A stretch of 57,722 bases of DNA, filler included, from Jimgerdemannia flammicorona (GCA_003990765.1; 3 parts of 3 records of this genome joined end to end with filler, not necessarily neighbours in it); one strand, 5' to 3'. Counted from the first letter of the whole stretch, positions 13,324 through 26,585 are shown. The notes: generated from the sequence alone by a model not told the origin. A program made the numbers and translations.

Positions 13324-14505
13324 GACTCATAGTCTTGTGGATTTTTATTGGAAGAGAACCTAAACTATATAGGCCAAAACCCTCCCCCACTACTCACCAA
13401 ACAATATTCCCCTATTAGTCTAGGCTACTAAATTGTCCAGCAGTCCCACTGCTCCAGCTATGCCTGTTAAATACTAGCTATATTGACCCCTATAACATAG
13501 ACCAGACTTGTCTGCTCACCAGGGCTGGATCATCATTTACATGCAAGAGCACACCTATATATTGAATCTAGCTGCACTGGGACTGAATAAAGAATAGCCC
13601 CCCAAACTCTAAAAGAAAGCCTGAGGCAAAGAAAAAACCCCCCAACCAACCAACAGAGAGCAAAGCAGATTCAAAGTGGATGAGTAAAGAACTTACATGC
13701 AGAATCTTCTACAAAGGACTTACATATAGGCTAGGGCCAGAAAAGACCCCACTCCCACTCCTCAAGCCTGTGGGCCTTGATCATATTATCATATCAGCTC
13801 CCAGTTCCAGTCAGATACTGCCAAATAAGGAAGGCCCCACTCTCCAAGCCTGCAGGCCTCAATTGCATTACTGTGTCAGCTCCCAGTTCTAGTTGAGTAC
13901 TGCCAGAACACCAGTTCCTGCACTACCCCACCCCCTATCAGCCAATCGAAAGGCCCCACCAAAATATTGTCCACCCTAGCCCCAATGACTGCCCTCAGCC
14001 TAGTACCCCACTGGTTCATCATTATTGCCCTTCCTCTTATCTGTGATGGCCATCTCCCCTCCCATCCCAATAACACTCAAAAAACAGTCACATATACTAG
14101 AACTGCACTTGCCAGGAAGCTCACCAAAGCCAGAGGGCCCCATTACAGATACTGAGGACCTGCAGGTAACCTATACTGAGCACTTAATGCCCAAGGTCAG
14201 CTGACTCCCTATGTAACCCATGACACACTGAGACAACTCCCTGTTGGTGATAGCAAAAGGAAGAAGGCATTGCACCAAAACAGATACACCCCAGATGCAG
14301 CTAAAGGCACCAGAATCTGAGAAAAAGTGGAGAAAGCACTGATCTGACACTGATAAAGGGGCAACTCATCACCATTGCCCTCCTCCCACTATGCCCATGC
14401 AGGCACAGCAAACCAACCTGAGGTAGAGGGGGTAATAATAGGGAAAAGGGGACTTAGAAGGTTGCCTACCAAACCTTGTGACTGGTAAGATAGCGGAGAA
14501 AGGTG
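13290..14505 (-). mobile_element. 5'-truncated non-LTR retrotransposon (LINE, L1/Tx1-like 3' end)
   Basis: PolyT at 13289-13319 (polyA on the minus strand). Exact 17-bp TSD GACTTTATTCAATTGCT at 13273-13289 and 14506-14522. Degenerate zf-RVT-like PICKSFVEDSACKFFTHP near 13675-13730. CpG depleted. Confidence 0.8.
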
Positions 14506-14740
14506 GACTTTATTCAATTGCTGTCAATATACTATTAATAGTAACAATTAAGGTTCACCACCAGACTTTGGAGAAGGGATATTCCTAAGGCAATGTATAT
14601 AGTGTTATTGCATTAACTCTTAACCTTATATATAATGGAAATGGTGAGATAATAGTACCATTTTGTTTTTTAGGCTTTGGTTTTGTATATACCGTCTCTT
14701 TTTCAACAACCAATAGAGTCGATCATTTTGTGGGCAACAT

Positions 14741-14937
14741 TCGAAAAAGTGCCCCTGAAATCGCATTATCAAGCACACATTAGATTGATAACGCCGCGTA
14801 AATATCACATATTTTCAGGCCAACTGCTGTCTTCGTAAAGACGAGGAGAATAGGTTAGCAAGAGAAAAAAAAATGCGCCGTTCATTCCAAGTGCAAATTA
14901 GCCAGCACAAAAGCCATTTGCTATTCAACGAGGAAAT
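14741..14937 (+). repeat. Dispersed direct repeat, copy 1 (copy 2 at 18381-18709)
   Basis: Shared blocks ctgaaatcgca..aagcacacattaga, aatgcgccgttcattccaagtgca and cagcacaaaagccatttgctattcaacgaggaaa. Confidence 0.85.
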
Positions 14938-15415
14938 TCGGCAAAGTGGTCTGACACCCGAGTCAACTTAGTTTAGTTCAGATCCGGATTCAGATCTACG
15001 CCAGTTCCAGTATCAATAGTAGTTAGTGCTGTTTCACCAAACTTTAGTAATTAGTCGCATACTACGTCCATCTAGCAACTTAGCAATTAACCATTAGTAA
15101 TTTCGCAACTACAATCTGTTTGCGCACCCATCCATTGCACTGGTCTCTTAAACCTCTTCTCAGCCTCAAATATCTCCCTGGATCCCTGGGTTTCAACCTA
15201 ACATATATCTATCAATTGCTGGCACCCCAGTATTGATGCATCTCCGCATCATTGATGCTTATAGTTGATATCGTCAGTGGCTTTCTGCACTGTGTTAAAA
15301 CCGTCGATCCGATTTTTGTGATATAAATGATATCAATCCAAAAACCGCCCATACGATTTTTGTGGACACCGTGATCACAAAAAAAGCAAATCCGTCAACA
15401 AAGCTGCGGGCATCG

Positions 15416-15580
15416 CAGACACGGCGATTTCCGACATTTCTGGGGAGATCGAAGTCCAGAGCCTGGACACGGCGATCTCCACCAACTTCGGAAACCGAGG
15501 ACCCAGACACGCGATCTCCGACAGTTCTGGGCCGAGGGCCTGGATACGGCGATCTCGGAAACAGAGGGCCCAGACACGAC
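15416..15580 (+). repeat. Degenerate GC-rich minisatellite (core GACACGGCGATCTCC)
   Basis: Core motif at 15418, 15466, 15506, 15543 and partially at 15573. Confidence 0.75.
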
Positions 15581-18380
15581 AACTATCACGTCCAGTCAGC
15601 ATACAGATGGTTACAAGATGTTCCGCAAGAGCGATTTAACTCCATTCGCGTTCGTATGCGAAGGGACCATTATTTCACCTCGAGTCCCCAAGAGATGGGC
15701 GGGAGCTTGAAACGAGAGGCAGAAAAGTGCTAACTCTTGAGGGGACAACAAATATTTCAGCATTGAAATACCTAAACCGCAATTTTTATTTTATTTGACA
15801 TACAGGCGCCAGGTTCAACACGGAAAAAAAAAAAAAAATCAGAATGACATTTGGCATAGAGCTTTCCCACGTATGAAGCCCTTTGCAGAAACCTCTTCAC
15901 CGCTTATTGTAAACCGTTGTTGTTTCTGGTGAACCTCGCCATATCGGCATCTGCCGAATTTTTGGCCACTCTTATAATCACTGCAAGACCGTCGCATGTC
16001 TCCACAATCGTATGCCGAATTTTTTATTTATTCACTTTGAGTTGCTTTTACTTCAAACTTATGTTTATTTTGTATTCATGAAAACGTAACCATGTGTATG
16101 AATTATTAATGCTATTGTCGGCCTTTACTTGTGCGCGAAGAACACAGCGATAAATATCGATATGTTCTCCCGTTTTCTATTCACAATGACAAGCGCACCA
16201 CGAAAGCACCAAGCCAAGCTGCCACAACCATTTTATTTATATCCAGTAATGAACCCGTCCGTGATCCTAACGTTGGTAAATATGTCAACGTACGGCACGC
16301 ACCGCCATTGCACCCACACGATTTGTACTTTCATGAGAATGACACCTCTTCCGTGGATCACAACTTCTACCTTTTCGAGATATTTCTGGTGGTGCTACAT
16401 ACCAACAAGTCCGACAAAGCTGCGCCGCGCAGCACTTTCCTTTGTCAAACCGTCCATGCCACCACCTGAACTCAAGTTCCGCCTCCGTGGTGCCATCCAA
16501 ATCAGAATCGGCTACGAGTAGGACGACAAGAGCACGAAAATATCCTAGGACGGACCGACGGGGATGAGATGCAAGACGGTATCTGTATGCGTGTAAAGGG
16601 TTCGGTGAGAATAGAACGAGTGGTGTACGATCACATTAGTTTGTAACAACTGTTCGAATAATACTTCTTTCCAACTCTGATACACAAAAATACAGATTCC
16701 ATAAATATATTTTTTAATCCCCCCCTCAACCAATTCACCGACTTTACAAATAACATATCCTCTGTCACATACCGCAAGAGTCTCTGGCCGGCACAGTTTC
16801 TGTGGACGGGCAATCTCCGCTACCTGAACCTCGAGGGCGGGAATGAGAATGCAATGAGGAACGGGAAAGATTCAAATGCCTGTATTACGAGAGGAAGAAT
16901 GACGTGATGGTCAACGCACGAAACGCGAATGAGGTCAGGTTTATGGAGTTGCTGAATACCGACCGCCCCACCAAAAACAAAGCACGCTTTCCTCTTATAA
17001 ATGATATTCTTTCACTCAGAAAAATTATGAGTTCCCTGGCGTGCCGTCGAGAGCATTCGTGAATGATTGGAAGTCACTCTGTACTCTGGCCTATTGACGC
17101 CGACAAACTTTATTCGACGGTTTCCTTGAGGTCTCTGACGCTTTTGGTGTTTGTTTTGTTACGTCCAATTGGACTATCACCTTAGAGCATGCATTTGAGA
17201 GATAAATTCACGGTTTGCTCGATTTAAAAGTGACTTAGGTGTATTACAAGATTAATAACCAAATCCCTTTTCAATTGTAAATTCCCCATATATCCATCCG
17301 CTCATATTTTCTTGAAGTTCCCTAATAGTTGTTTTGACTCTATTTGGCGCGGTTATGAATTACACGTGTTTTGGCATCCGCAAACGACACCCACGTCGGT
17401 CTCTCCTACAATCCGAAGTCCAATAATTCCTAATGACGCCTCTTTGGCGGGACGCTTGATGGTCTATCATACAACCGCAGACATCGGCTTCGCCATTCGT
17501 CTACAAACCCTGTGCTGTGGGTGTATGTCGCCGACAGCCTGGGTGCCGATTGATACGGCCATGAAGGCTACGTTGGGATAGGGCTTTCGGTTACATATGC
17601 AAACCACAAAGGTGTTATTTCACTCCGTGGCCGAAAAACGAGGATGGGCATACGCACGTACATTCAGTAGAAGCGATAGAGGAAGGATTTTCCTCTTAAG
17701 GTAACGGATATGGTCCCATCACGTTAACTATTATATTTATCCAGGATAAGAGCGAATAGTGTCTTTGGTTCCGTCTCTTTTTCAACGTCAATCATTTGCA
17801 GGATGGATTTTTACCTCAAAACTGCCACAAGAACCTTCGTGGATTTGTCGATGTCTCCGTCGACGGAACGCTTTATTTGATGTTTTTCCGTAACGAGGCT
17901 GACCGCTTCAGAGTTACCATGCGCGTTGCGCCTTGTATATACATCCCTGTGGCGATCCTTGGTCCCAGTATACCTTAGCGCGCTGTATTCAATGTCAAAA
18001 TTTTGGAAAGACGGATCACTGTCAATTTTGGAAAGACGCATCATTCGAAAAGTAGGTTCAATATTCAGCCGCTGTACCCAGTTAGCCAGCGCTATATGCA
18101 ACCAGTTCCGTCCGGAATAGCCGGCGCGCTTTCCAAAAATGGCGTACGGAATTCCCCAAGAAAGAAAATCTTGGCACTTATCCAGCCACGAGATAAACTT
18201 TGAGGCGTTCTGATATTTTACAGAGGTCCAGCGAGGGGTACACATGTGCCGATTACACCTGCTCTTTATTTATTCGGCGCCCTTGTACTCAACGAAACGA
18301 CAAACTTCAAACTTCACACGCAACCTCATGCTGCGTGGGTAACTTTGCTGTTGTGGAATTCTCTCGCGCACAAACCATAA

Positions 18381-18709
18381 TCGAGGAAGTGTCACTGAAA
18401 TCGCATCGTTAAGCACACATTAGACTGATAACGCCGTGTAAATATCACGTATTGTCAGGCTCACCACTGTCTTCGTAATCTCGGAAGTCGGCAAGACGGA
18501 AGACGACGAGAATAGGTTGGCAAGAGCAAAATGCGCCGTTCATTCCAAGTGCACAAGGTCGCATTGATTGGAGTTCCAAACATCAGCGCACGCAAATCAG
18601 ACTTTGAAACTCGGCTGACAGTATGAAGTGGACAGAGTAATAAAAAAAAAAAAGGGGGGGGGGGGTTGTGTGATTCAGCACAAAAGCCATTTGCTATTCA
18701 ACGAGGAAA
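18381..18709 (+). repeat. Dispersed direct repeat, copy 2 (with extra internal sequence)
   Basis: Same blocks as 14741-14937, with an additional ~120 bp between ~18555 and ~18675. Confidence 0.85.
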
Positions 18710-19137
18710 ACGATAGTCTCACAAATCAACCGGTAGACGGAAATGTGTTGACAAGATAGCAAAATTGGGCGATGGAAGGAAATCCACGTATATATATGGA
18801 ACAGTCCGGCTTTGATTCATTGAAGTCTTTGAATTCGTATTACGTAGAATTTTGCCAGCACATTCTTACGATATCTCATTCGTACATACATGAGAAATTA
18901 GGATGCACGTAGTCGCCAATTTTTTGAAGAAAAAAAATTAACTACGCTACGTCAACGAAACCCCTCGTAAAGTGCGCAAATGAATTAATGAAAATCAAGT
19001 GCGAAGGGCGTGATTGCACGTGCAACGACGCATTAGAACATCATAAAACCACGCTACATACGTGCCGTACTCGGTGTACACATGCTTCAATGTAAGGCGC
19101 ATGTTCAGACAAGTTCGGTTATCAAGCTCTTGATCTA

Positions 19138-19178
<41 letters not shown>

Positions 19179-19278
19179 NNNNNNNNNNNNNNNNNNNNNN
19201 NNNNNNNNNNNNNNNNNNNNNNTTAATTAATTAANNNNNNNNNNNNNNNNNNNNNNNNNNNNNNNNNNNNNNNNNNNN
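19179..19278. other. Artificial scaffold gap/linker
   Basis: 100-nt N run with a central TTAATTAATTAA (stops in all six frames). Confidence 0.97.
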
Positions 19279-20497
19279 GCTATAGGGGAGAGAAAGAGAG
19301 AAAAAAAAGGAGATGAAGCATATGTATAATACATATCTGAGCCGCTGGGACGGATTTCATGCTCGCGTTTTTCACTGAACTTCTCTCAATCAGACCCCCA
19401 AAGATATCTACAGTTCAGTATATTACCAACCCATTCTACTAGTTCTCTTTCCACTCACTCTGTTTGCTCCTCCCCACCGAATCTAGCTACGCCTCGACAT
19501 ACAGCAATACCAACGACCAAAATTCACAGAACATCACTCACTTTCTTCCAATCTCTCACACATAACTCCGTTCATGTCGGGAAAGGCTTCACCGGTCTCC
19601 CGCCAGTACCCGAAATGCAAAAACGTGCTCCAGCATACCGAGACGGGTGGCACGTTGCCCTGCTTCCGCTGTAATCGCTCTCCTTCGTGGTTCGCGGACG
19701 ACGTGAAAGCAAAAACAGACAGAGAATCGAGAAGCAGAGGCGTAAACGAGATCCCGATCTTGCGTTTGGGGACGGACTTTCAAATAGAAGGAGAAATAGG
19801 ATGTGCAGAATCACCTAGACTTTTGGAGGGACAATATTCTATATTACGACTAAAGTTGTTGACTGCATTTAGTTCCCACGTTCAATTTGAACAATTGAGA
19901 AAGAGATCAATTAACATCAAAGAGCGAACTTAAATTCGAGTGTAACCATCCATTCCGGATCCAGGAAAGGAAAAAAAAAAGTCTATTCGCAATCCCCGTA
20001 GCATAGAGCGGCCAATTATAAACAATATATTTGGTACGTGGAGTTTACGTTCGCGATATTGGTTCCGCTCAGAATATTTCGTCGCAAGATCCCAAGCTGA
20101 TTAACTAGTAAATCAGGCTTGGACATCGATTTCCCGGCCCTCGTCGATATGTGAAATACTGAACCCAATTCTAATATGCAGTCTACAGAGTTTATATTGT
20201 GCGAGCGAAGGTAACCTTGACATTACACAGATGAGAGAATGATTCTACGCTGGTTGAATCGATTAAATAGAATATGGTTATTTTGAAATTCGAACTTATT
20301 CGGCATCGTACAATGTAAGCGTATATTAAACTATATAGTAGGCATTATTCACGACACCCGAATGGCTCAAGAGTCACCGCAAAGGAGGTCGGCTCTAGAT
20401 CGCCGCCAGAATCTCCAAGACAACGCCCTATTGTCCTCAAATAACCCAAGTGCACGGCAAAAACAAGCGGCTACTCGTTATCGAAAACGAAAGGTCA

Positions 20498-22000
20498 CTA
20501 CAAAATCTCAATCCCTTCCCTGCCTTCCATTACTGTGTCACTTTCCTGCTCCACGGCCACTCCTGGGAACTCTACATTGCCGCATGTATCGACCTGCCTC
20601 ACCCACGGTCCCACCTTGGATTCCCGCCCATCCTTTATCGTCCTCTTGAACCCGCACGCCGCCAACACCTTTACCATACAACCGTACCCCCCCCATGGCT
20701 CAATCCCCGCCCGGATGAGCACGGACTCCAGCCTCGGAAAACGCGCTAGCAGAGCCTCCAGGAACAGCACGGTCATCGGCGAGTAGGAGCCTAAGACGAG
20801 TTCGCTTAGTGATGGCCATAATAGTATCGTCGGAAGGGATATTGAGGTGATCTCGTTCAAAGGGTAGGTCTCGAAACAATTCCACTGCGACAGGTCGAGC
20901 TTGCGGAGGACCGGCATGGGAGTGGCGAACAATCCGGAGGGCAAGTTGCCGTGGTTGTGATTGTATTCTTCGCCGTCGGGCCCCCGTTGACCCTTTGGGA
21001 TAGCGAGCGAGATCAAGGACGCGTGGCAGAGATTCACCAAACGGATGAAATCCGTGTTCAGATAGTATCCGACGTTGTCCTGAAACTGAAGGGTTTCGAG
21101 GTGGAAAGAGGACTCGCGCGACAGCGCACGGACGGTGTTTGTCAGAAGACCTGCGGACTGGGCGGCGGAGCCGTAGAGCATGCGGATGGTCAGGGAGCGG
21201 AGTTCGGGCCAGCAGGCAATAGTTTCGGCGAGGTGGGCAGGTGGAAGGTCGATGTAAGAGCATTGGAGGTGGAACGTACGGATGGAGCGACAGTGGCGCA
21301 AGGTATGCGAGAAAGGGGAAGTGATGTGGCTGCCGGAGATATGGAGCTGGGTGAGGTGATTGTGGAGGCGGTGGAAGAGCTGGAGGGCGGGGTGAAGTGC
21401 CGGAGAGTCGTGGGTGGGTATTTGAAGGGATAGAGGCGGTTTGACGAGGCCACCGAGGGTACGGATGAAGGTGGAGAGGACTGTGCTAGTGGAACGTCGT
21501 GAGAGTGAAACGGCGTAATCCCCAGTGCCGAGTAGCGATGCCTGTAACCGACGAAACTGCACACGCGTTCGGAGCTTATGCAAGAGCTGTAGACGTTTTG
21601 GCTTCCGGGGGCAGTCGAGGATAAGCGTCAGTGCATAAGGATCGGGCCGTGTAGCGTCCAGCAAATGAACGACGGTTCCCGGACAAGGCACCCCGGGACT
21701 CCAAAAATCTGAATAAAAGAAAATTTCAACCCGCTGGACCATGTGTCTGAAGGCAAGCCCGTGCCGCGCGGATGCAATTAACATATTGACGACGTGTTCC
21801 AGTTGCCTGCTCGTGCAGTGGTTGGTCGGGAGTTTACGCATGATAAGAAGGTTCCGTTCCAGAGCAGGCAGAGCGCAGGCGTACCACGACCAGCATACTA
21901 GGCAGCAGGAAAACAGGTCGAGGGTGTTGTAGAGAAGGTCTCCTATCGCGACCAGCGAGAAGATGATGGCGAGGACTTCAGAAGGAATGGGTGGCGGCAT
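20498..22000 (-). CDS. F-box domain / RNI-like leucine-rich repeat protein (500 aa, intronless)
   Basis: N-terminal IPSEVLAIIFSLV...LFSCCLVCWSW is F-box-like. LxxLxL repeats follow (LTQLHI, LRSLTI, LETLQF, LRKLDL, LSELVL). Confidence 0.85.
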   Translation of the reverse strand: MPPPIPSEVLAIIFSLVAIGDLLYNTLDLFSCCLVCWSWYACALPALERNLLIMRKLPTNHCTSRQLEHVVNMLIASARHGLAFRHMVQRVEIFFYSDFWSPGVPCPGTVVHLLDATRPDPYALTLILDCPRKPKRLQLLHKLRTRVQFRRLQASLLGTGDYAVSLSRRSTSTVLSTFIRTLGGLVKPPLSLQIPTHDSPALHPALQLFHRLHNHLTQLHISGSHITSPFSHTLRHCRSIRTFHLQCSYIDLPPAHLAETIACWPELRSLTIRMLYGSAAQSAGLLTNTVRALSRESSFHLETLQFQDNVGYYLNTDFIRLVNLCHASLISLAIPKGQRGPDGEEYNHNHGNLPSGLFATPMPVLRKLDLSQWNCFETYPLNEITSISLPTILLWPSLSELVLGSYSPMTVLFLEALLARFPRLESVLIRAGIEPWGGYGCMVKVLAACGFKRTIKDGRESKVGPWVRQVDTCGNVEFPGVAVEQESDTVMEGREGIEIL

Positions 22001-22369
22001 GGAAGGTTGAGGACCCGTGGAGCACGTGATCAGTCTTTATATACAAAGACCGAGAGCGGAGTTTCAAGGTTTTTTGTGCTCTACTCTGTTCAGAATAAGC
22101 CCTTCCGACCAACCGACGGTACGCGCCGATACTCCGCGCTCCCCCCCCCCCTTGCGCCTGCTGCCATGAACCCAATTACATATGCGCGTGCTGCCATGAG
22201 CCCATTACAAATGCGCCAAGTCTTTGAGATTCGTCTCTTTGTTCCCTTCATGCATTGCGTAGCCTCCGTTGAAACCATATATAAATATAAATATTTCTCG
22301 ACCAAACCTAGCTTTTAGTTCCAGGTCTGTCGGGTGTGTGGCTGTGTGTGTGCTCTCACAATGGTGACG

Positions 22370-24043
22370 TCACAAGCCTTCATTTCCTAACCAACCAACG
22401 TGAAAGGCCCGATATAGTATTGTATTACGCATAAAATGAAAAGTAAAAGTTAGCATAGAAAGCTTAAGTACTAATGTAAAAGTGTGTGCATATGGAGAAA
22501 GTATAAAAGTGGGGTTGAACTTCTGTAAAATTGTAGGTGTTATGTATTCTATATTTACGCTATATATTCTAGATCTACGCCATGTATTCAAAGACATATT
22601 TTTGTAAAATTTTATGCCCCACGCACTCAAAACCGCAATGGCTTCTGGGCAAAAATTAAGCCAAGTCTTGTTCTGTTTAAACTGTTCGAACTCCATCTTA
22701 ATTTCTTGGATCAATACATCATAACTAATCCCCAGTAATGGCAAAAGCTTCGGCGCTAACCCTATCCATCCCATGTACGCATTCTCGGCCCAAAGATCCC
22801 CAGCCCGTCCGCCCCAGCCCAGGGGCACGGAAACGTAGTCCTCCACTATATCATCGTCCGAAAATCCGTTATCGGAAAGCAGACGTCCAAATTCGCGGAC
22901 ATATGCAATATCTATGCCGTATGACGCAAACACGGAGAGGACTGAGGTATGAAGAAAAACAGAGTGAAGAATGCATTAAAAAATGGGAAGACGCACAAGC
23001 CATAAACCTACGCACACACGCTGGAAAATAGGAGCTATGTACGCACTTGCATTCCAGATTTTCTGTTCTCCCGCAAGCCGTTGTAGTTCAAAGTCATATT
23101 CTAATAATTCAAGCCAGCCGCTGGCACAAAAGATAACAAACGTAGGGATTGAGATTATTTTCGATTTGTGAAACAAGCAAAAGTACAATATTCATGTCCA
23201 ACCCGACCCCGTCGAGCTTACGATCCTACATACCCAGGCTTCACCAAGCGCGTCAACTCTGTCAGTGCGACTTTCCAATCCCGCGGGGTGAACTCGTGTA
23301 TCATAAATCTTTGAAACACGTAATCAAATGTGTCATCTTCAAATGGCAGGCCTTCCAAGATGTTTGCCGTTAAAAAGCTCACGTTGGGCGGGAGGCCAGT
23401 TTTGGGGTATATGTCGGCCGCGTCGATGCCCACAAAGGTGGAATTGGGATAATCCTCGGCCATTTCTATGGTCCATACACCTACAATAATATAAATGCAA
23501 ACGTTTATACATATATATGAAGCAGCCCAAGGTCAGAGCCATAGATAAGTGGAAACGTCATTTGGCTCACCTGTTCCACACCCGGCATCGAGAACTCTAA
23601 TACCATTCTCAAGATCCTCTTCAAGCGGGGTGTTGAAGGTGCCATGTAGCATCTGCCTGTATAGACGAGCAAGAGAAAGAAGGCCCGCAAGGCGAGTAAG
23701 ACGACCTCCACGTAACTATTAGCAAAACGCGCAGATCGCACAACTGTTGAATATTCCCTGTGTATGCGAACCCACTCAACGGGCCGATCAGTGCATCCAC
23801 CGTAATGGCAGCTGTTTCTGTCTAGTACCGAGCGCCGCAGCGCTGTGGGTGGGTTTCAAAGCTGAAAACGAATCGCACGTACCGCGTAACGTAGTGCTGG
23901 ATATGCAACCTGTTGAACTCGGTGTCGTTTCGCGGCAGCAGATATGGTTTAGTTGTACTTTTGCAGTCTGTTTGGAGCTTGAACGCCTCTGGAAGGTTAT
24001 CGGATTGCGGCACGAAGTTGGGCTTGTTGTGTTGTCCGTCCAT
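22370..24043 (-). CDS. Class I SAM-dependent methyltransferase (LaeA-like family), about 5 exons
   Basis: YLLPRNDTEFNRLHIQHY; RVLDAGCGTG; WTIEMAEDYPNSTFVGID; NILEGLPFEDDTFDYVFQRF; WLELLEYD; VPLGWGGRAG; GT-AG introns. The true C-terminus may end near 22600. Confidence 0.9.
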
Positions 24044-26508
24044 AATGTCCTGGTTGTGTTTATTGGTGAGCAGAGCGAACAATATGAAGGATCTAGAAAC
24101 GGATTCTGGAAATGGTTAATAGTGGTGGCCCCACCAATGTCCCAGATTGATTATCATGAGCACGTGCTCGAGTCGGATGTGATCCCCAACACTTTAAGAC
24201 GTCCCGAAGAATATTAAAGCGCGTGATGTTGTTTAGATTCCGTAGATTTTGGAAAGCGCTGCAGGAGTGACTCCGTCTTTTCTGTATATTAGCAAAGCGT
24301 GCAGTTCAGAAAAGCGGCCGAAATAGCATTCCGCCCCCCCTAAAAAAAAAAAAAAAAAAAAAAAAAATTAAACTGAACGTCTCGGAAACACCTTCAGATG
24401 CCAACCATCACATTTAACACGCTTACGGTAACAACCAAGATGTCAGCTTTGGCACTCATTTAGCGGAGTTTAATTCATCCCACACACATAACCGTAAATG
24501 TTTACAGTACGTTAAGCCATAAAAACATCGCGGACGCTGTATTCGGCCTCGTTTGGTCAATCGGAACTGTTTTGAGATTATTCACACATCCGCTTTTGCT
24601 GTCATCCGCGCAGAAATTCTCCGACTCCCACAAAAATTTCGATCGCCTGGCGATCAATGCCCGTCCGCTTGCAGAATTTAGGGGCATCTTGGGTAACCTT
24701 GGATATGAAAACAATATAAACGACTCACTCCATTCGCAGTCATGGATGTGGCGGCCGTTACTAAGAAAGGGGCCTAACGGGCTTCATGCAGTGAATCGTC
24801 GAATACTGAAAATTGTGTAATATATGGCGGACAAGCATACTGATTATGCCACGTTTCAACAAACCAATGCTACCAAGTTGCTGAACGCGCCGGAATTCGA
24901 ATTTTCTAATGTTAACTACTGCAGCCTTTAGCTCTGAACTATGTGGAACTCAAAAGGTAGCTTCATTTACGCCAACAATTTATTATAGAGAGGTAAATTT
25001 TCAATACGTATTGGTAAGTGATAGGAAGTAAAAAAGTTGTTATTAGGAGTGAAGGTCTTCGAGGGCTTGTTAGAGCACGCCAGTAACGTATATTAAACCG
25101 CTCATGACCTCCTTTGCGTCGAATGGGACGCTCGCTTCATATGAAATGACATCTCGTCGCGACCTTGAACTCCTTTAACGGTGAAAACTTGTAATTTTTT
25201 ACCTGAGGGTCAATGAATAGTGCGACTGATGTGTTGAAGGAGGAGGAGCTCCTGTAAACCATGTTAATATCTTTGGTAAGTCATATATTTCAGCTTGGAC
25301 GTCACACGTGTATCTGTTTCTCGCTTATATATACATAGTCTCTGCCAAATATGCGAATGTAAAGTATCACACTACTTGACGCTTTTGGTATATATTAATT
25401 ATACGCGCTTTGGTCCCAAAATTCACGGTGCGAGGCGACGCATGCCGTAAATATGTGGTGAACTGAACTAATTTATTCCACGCATCAAATTAAGAAATAT
25501 AATACATATTCTCGCCAAGTTAAGTGATAAAAGTGTTCGCCGACGGCGGGAATAGGCGCATATGACTGTAAGGATTGCGATGCTTGAATGCTAGTCACAT
25601 GCCCTTATGGGCGACAAATATAACTGTGATACCTCCTTTGCGTTATACCGAAATAAACGAACATTCGTTCGGATTATATGATAAACATTAATTTAGTTGC
25701 CTCTGCCTTCCGAATCTGGCAATAATATAACTAGTAGGGTCGCCTCAAGCATTAACAGAAGGTTGCCAGCGTGGCTGCACACATCAAAAATGGACTGTGC
25801 GTACTGGTACCTGACTTAGTAATGTAGTCAGTCATATAATGAATGTAGACCAAAGAATGTTTTCGTGCTTCATTTCAAGCATACATCTGTTTAGCACGCT
25901 GCAGCAGAACGAAGGTTTCTTTTTGTATTCTGGAGATAGACAAAAACTTCAGAAAGCAACATTTGTACAAAATATGGCCTGGTTGGGCATTTTCGACTTG
26001 TCAACTCTGGATACGATTACCTCATCGACGCGATTACAATTCGTGTTGTGTTGGACCTACTCCTCGGAGCACTTGACCATTTCAGGTTGACTTTCAAAAT
26101 AATTTTAAACCTAGACGTTGTGCCATGCAATTAAGTTGCTTGCGTCAGTTTGTAAACTATATATTAGGTTGAGAAGCTAGACGTTCTAGTCGCGTTCCTA
26201 CTGTGCAAATGTGAAGTGTGCATTCATGCATGCCGTTTGGCTACCTTTATACTTTAAGCAAAATGGTTCCTTTAAGATATTTGCCATTTGGACACAATCG
26301 GTCGGTTTGCGGTTAAGCGTTCTGCACTTAAAGGTTCTGCAGGTAATCGTCATTTTGCAGTTACTGATAATGACACTAGCCGGCTTGTTAAAATTTCTTC
26401 TTTATTCGAAGTTTGAAGTGTTCTGTACTGAAACCGGTATCGCTTGGTATTTGATAAGGCACCAACTCAATCATCATGCAGTCGATAACAGTACCAATGG
26501 AATTAACC

Positions 26509-26585
26509 TGCATGAATGATGCGGGCACTTGCATGACGATATGAGCACTTGCATGAATGATGTGGGCACTTGCATGAACGACGCG
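26509..26585 (+). repeat. ~21-bp tandem repeat x3.7 (TGCATGAATGATGYGGGCACT)
   Basis: Seen directly in the sequence. Confidence 0.85.

Larger units (their letters stand above)
3250..14740. mobile_element. AT-rich, CpG-depleted degenerate repeat block (probable decayed transposon relic) hosting nested LTR and LINE insertions
   Basis: Abrupt shift to very AT-rich, almost CG-free sequence with no long ORFs at ~3250-5291, 12045-13289 and ~14506-14740. Boundaries are approximate and the host family was not identified. Confidence 0.55.

Noticed and set aside
15416..15580. CRISPR-like appearance of the repeat with variable spacers
   Set aside because: The spacers are related to each other, the repeats are degenerate, there are no cas genes, and the context is eukaryotic.
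16129..18245. ORFs of 110-144 aa (16129-16521, 17811-18245)
   Set aside because: No recognisable domain; cannot be distinguished from chance ORFs or gene debris without a search.
19223..19234. TTAATTAATTAA palindrome inside N runs (also near 38496-38507)
   Set aside because: Artificial linker inserted at assembly gaps. Adjacency across these gaps is not guaranteed.
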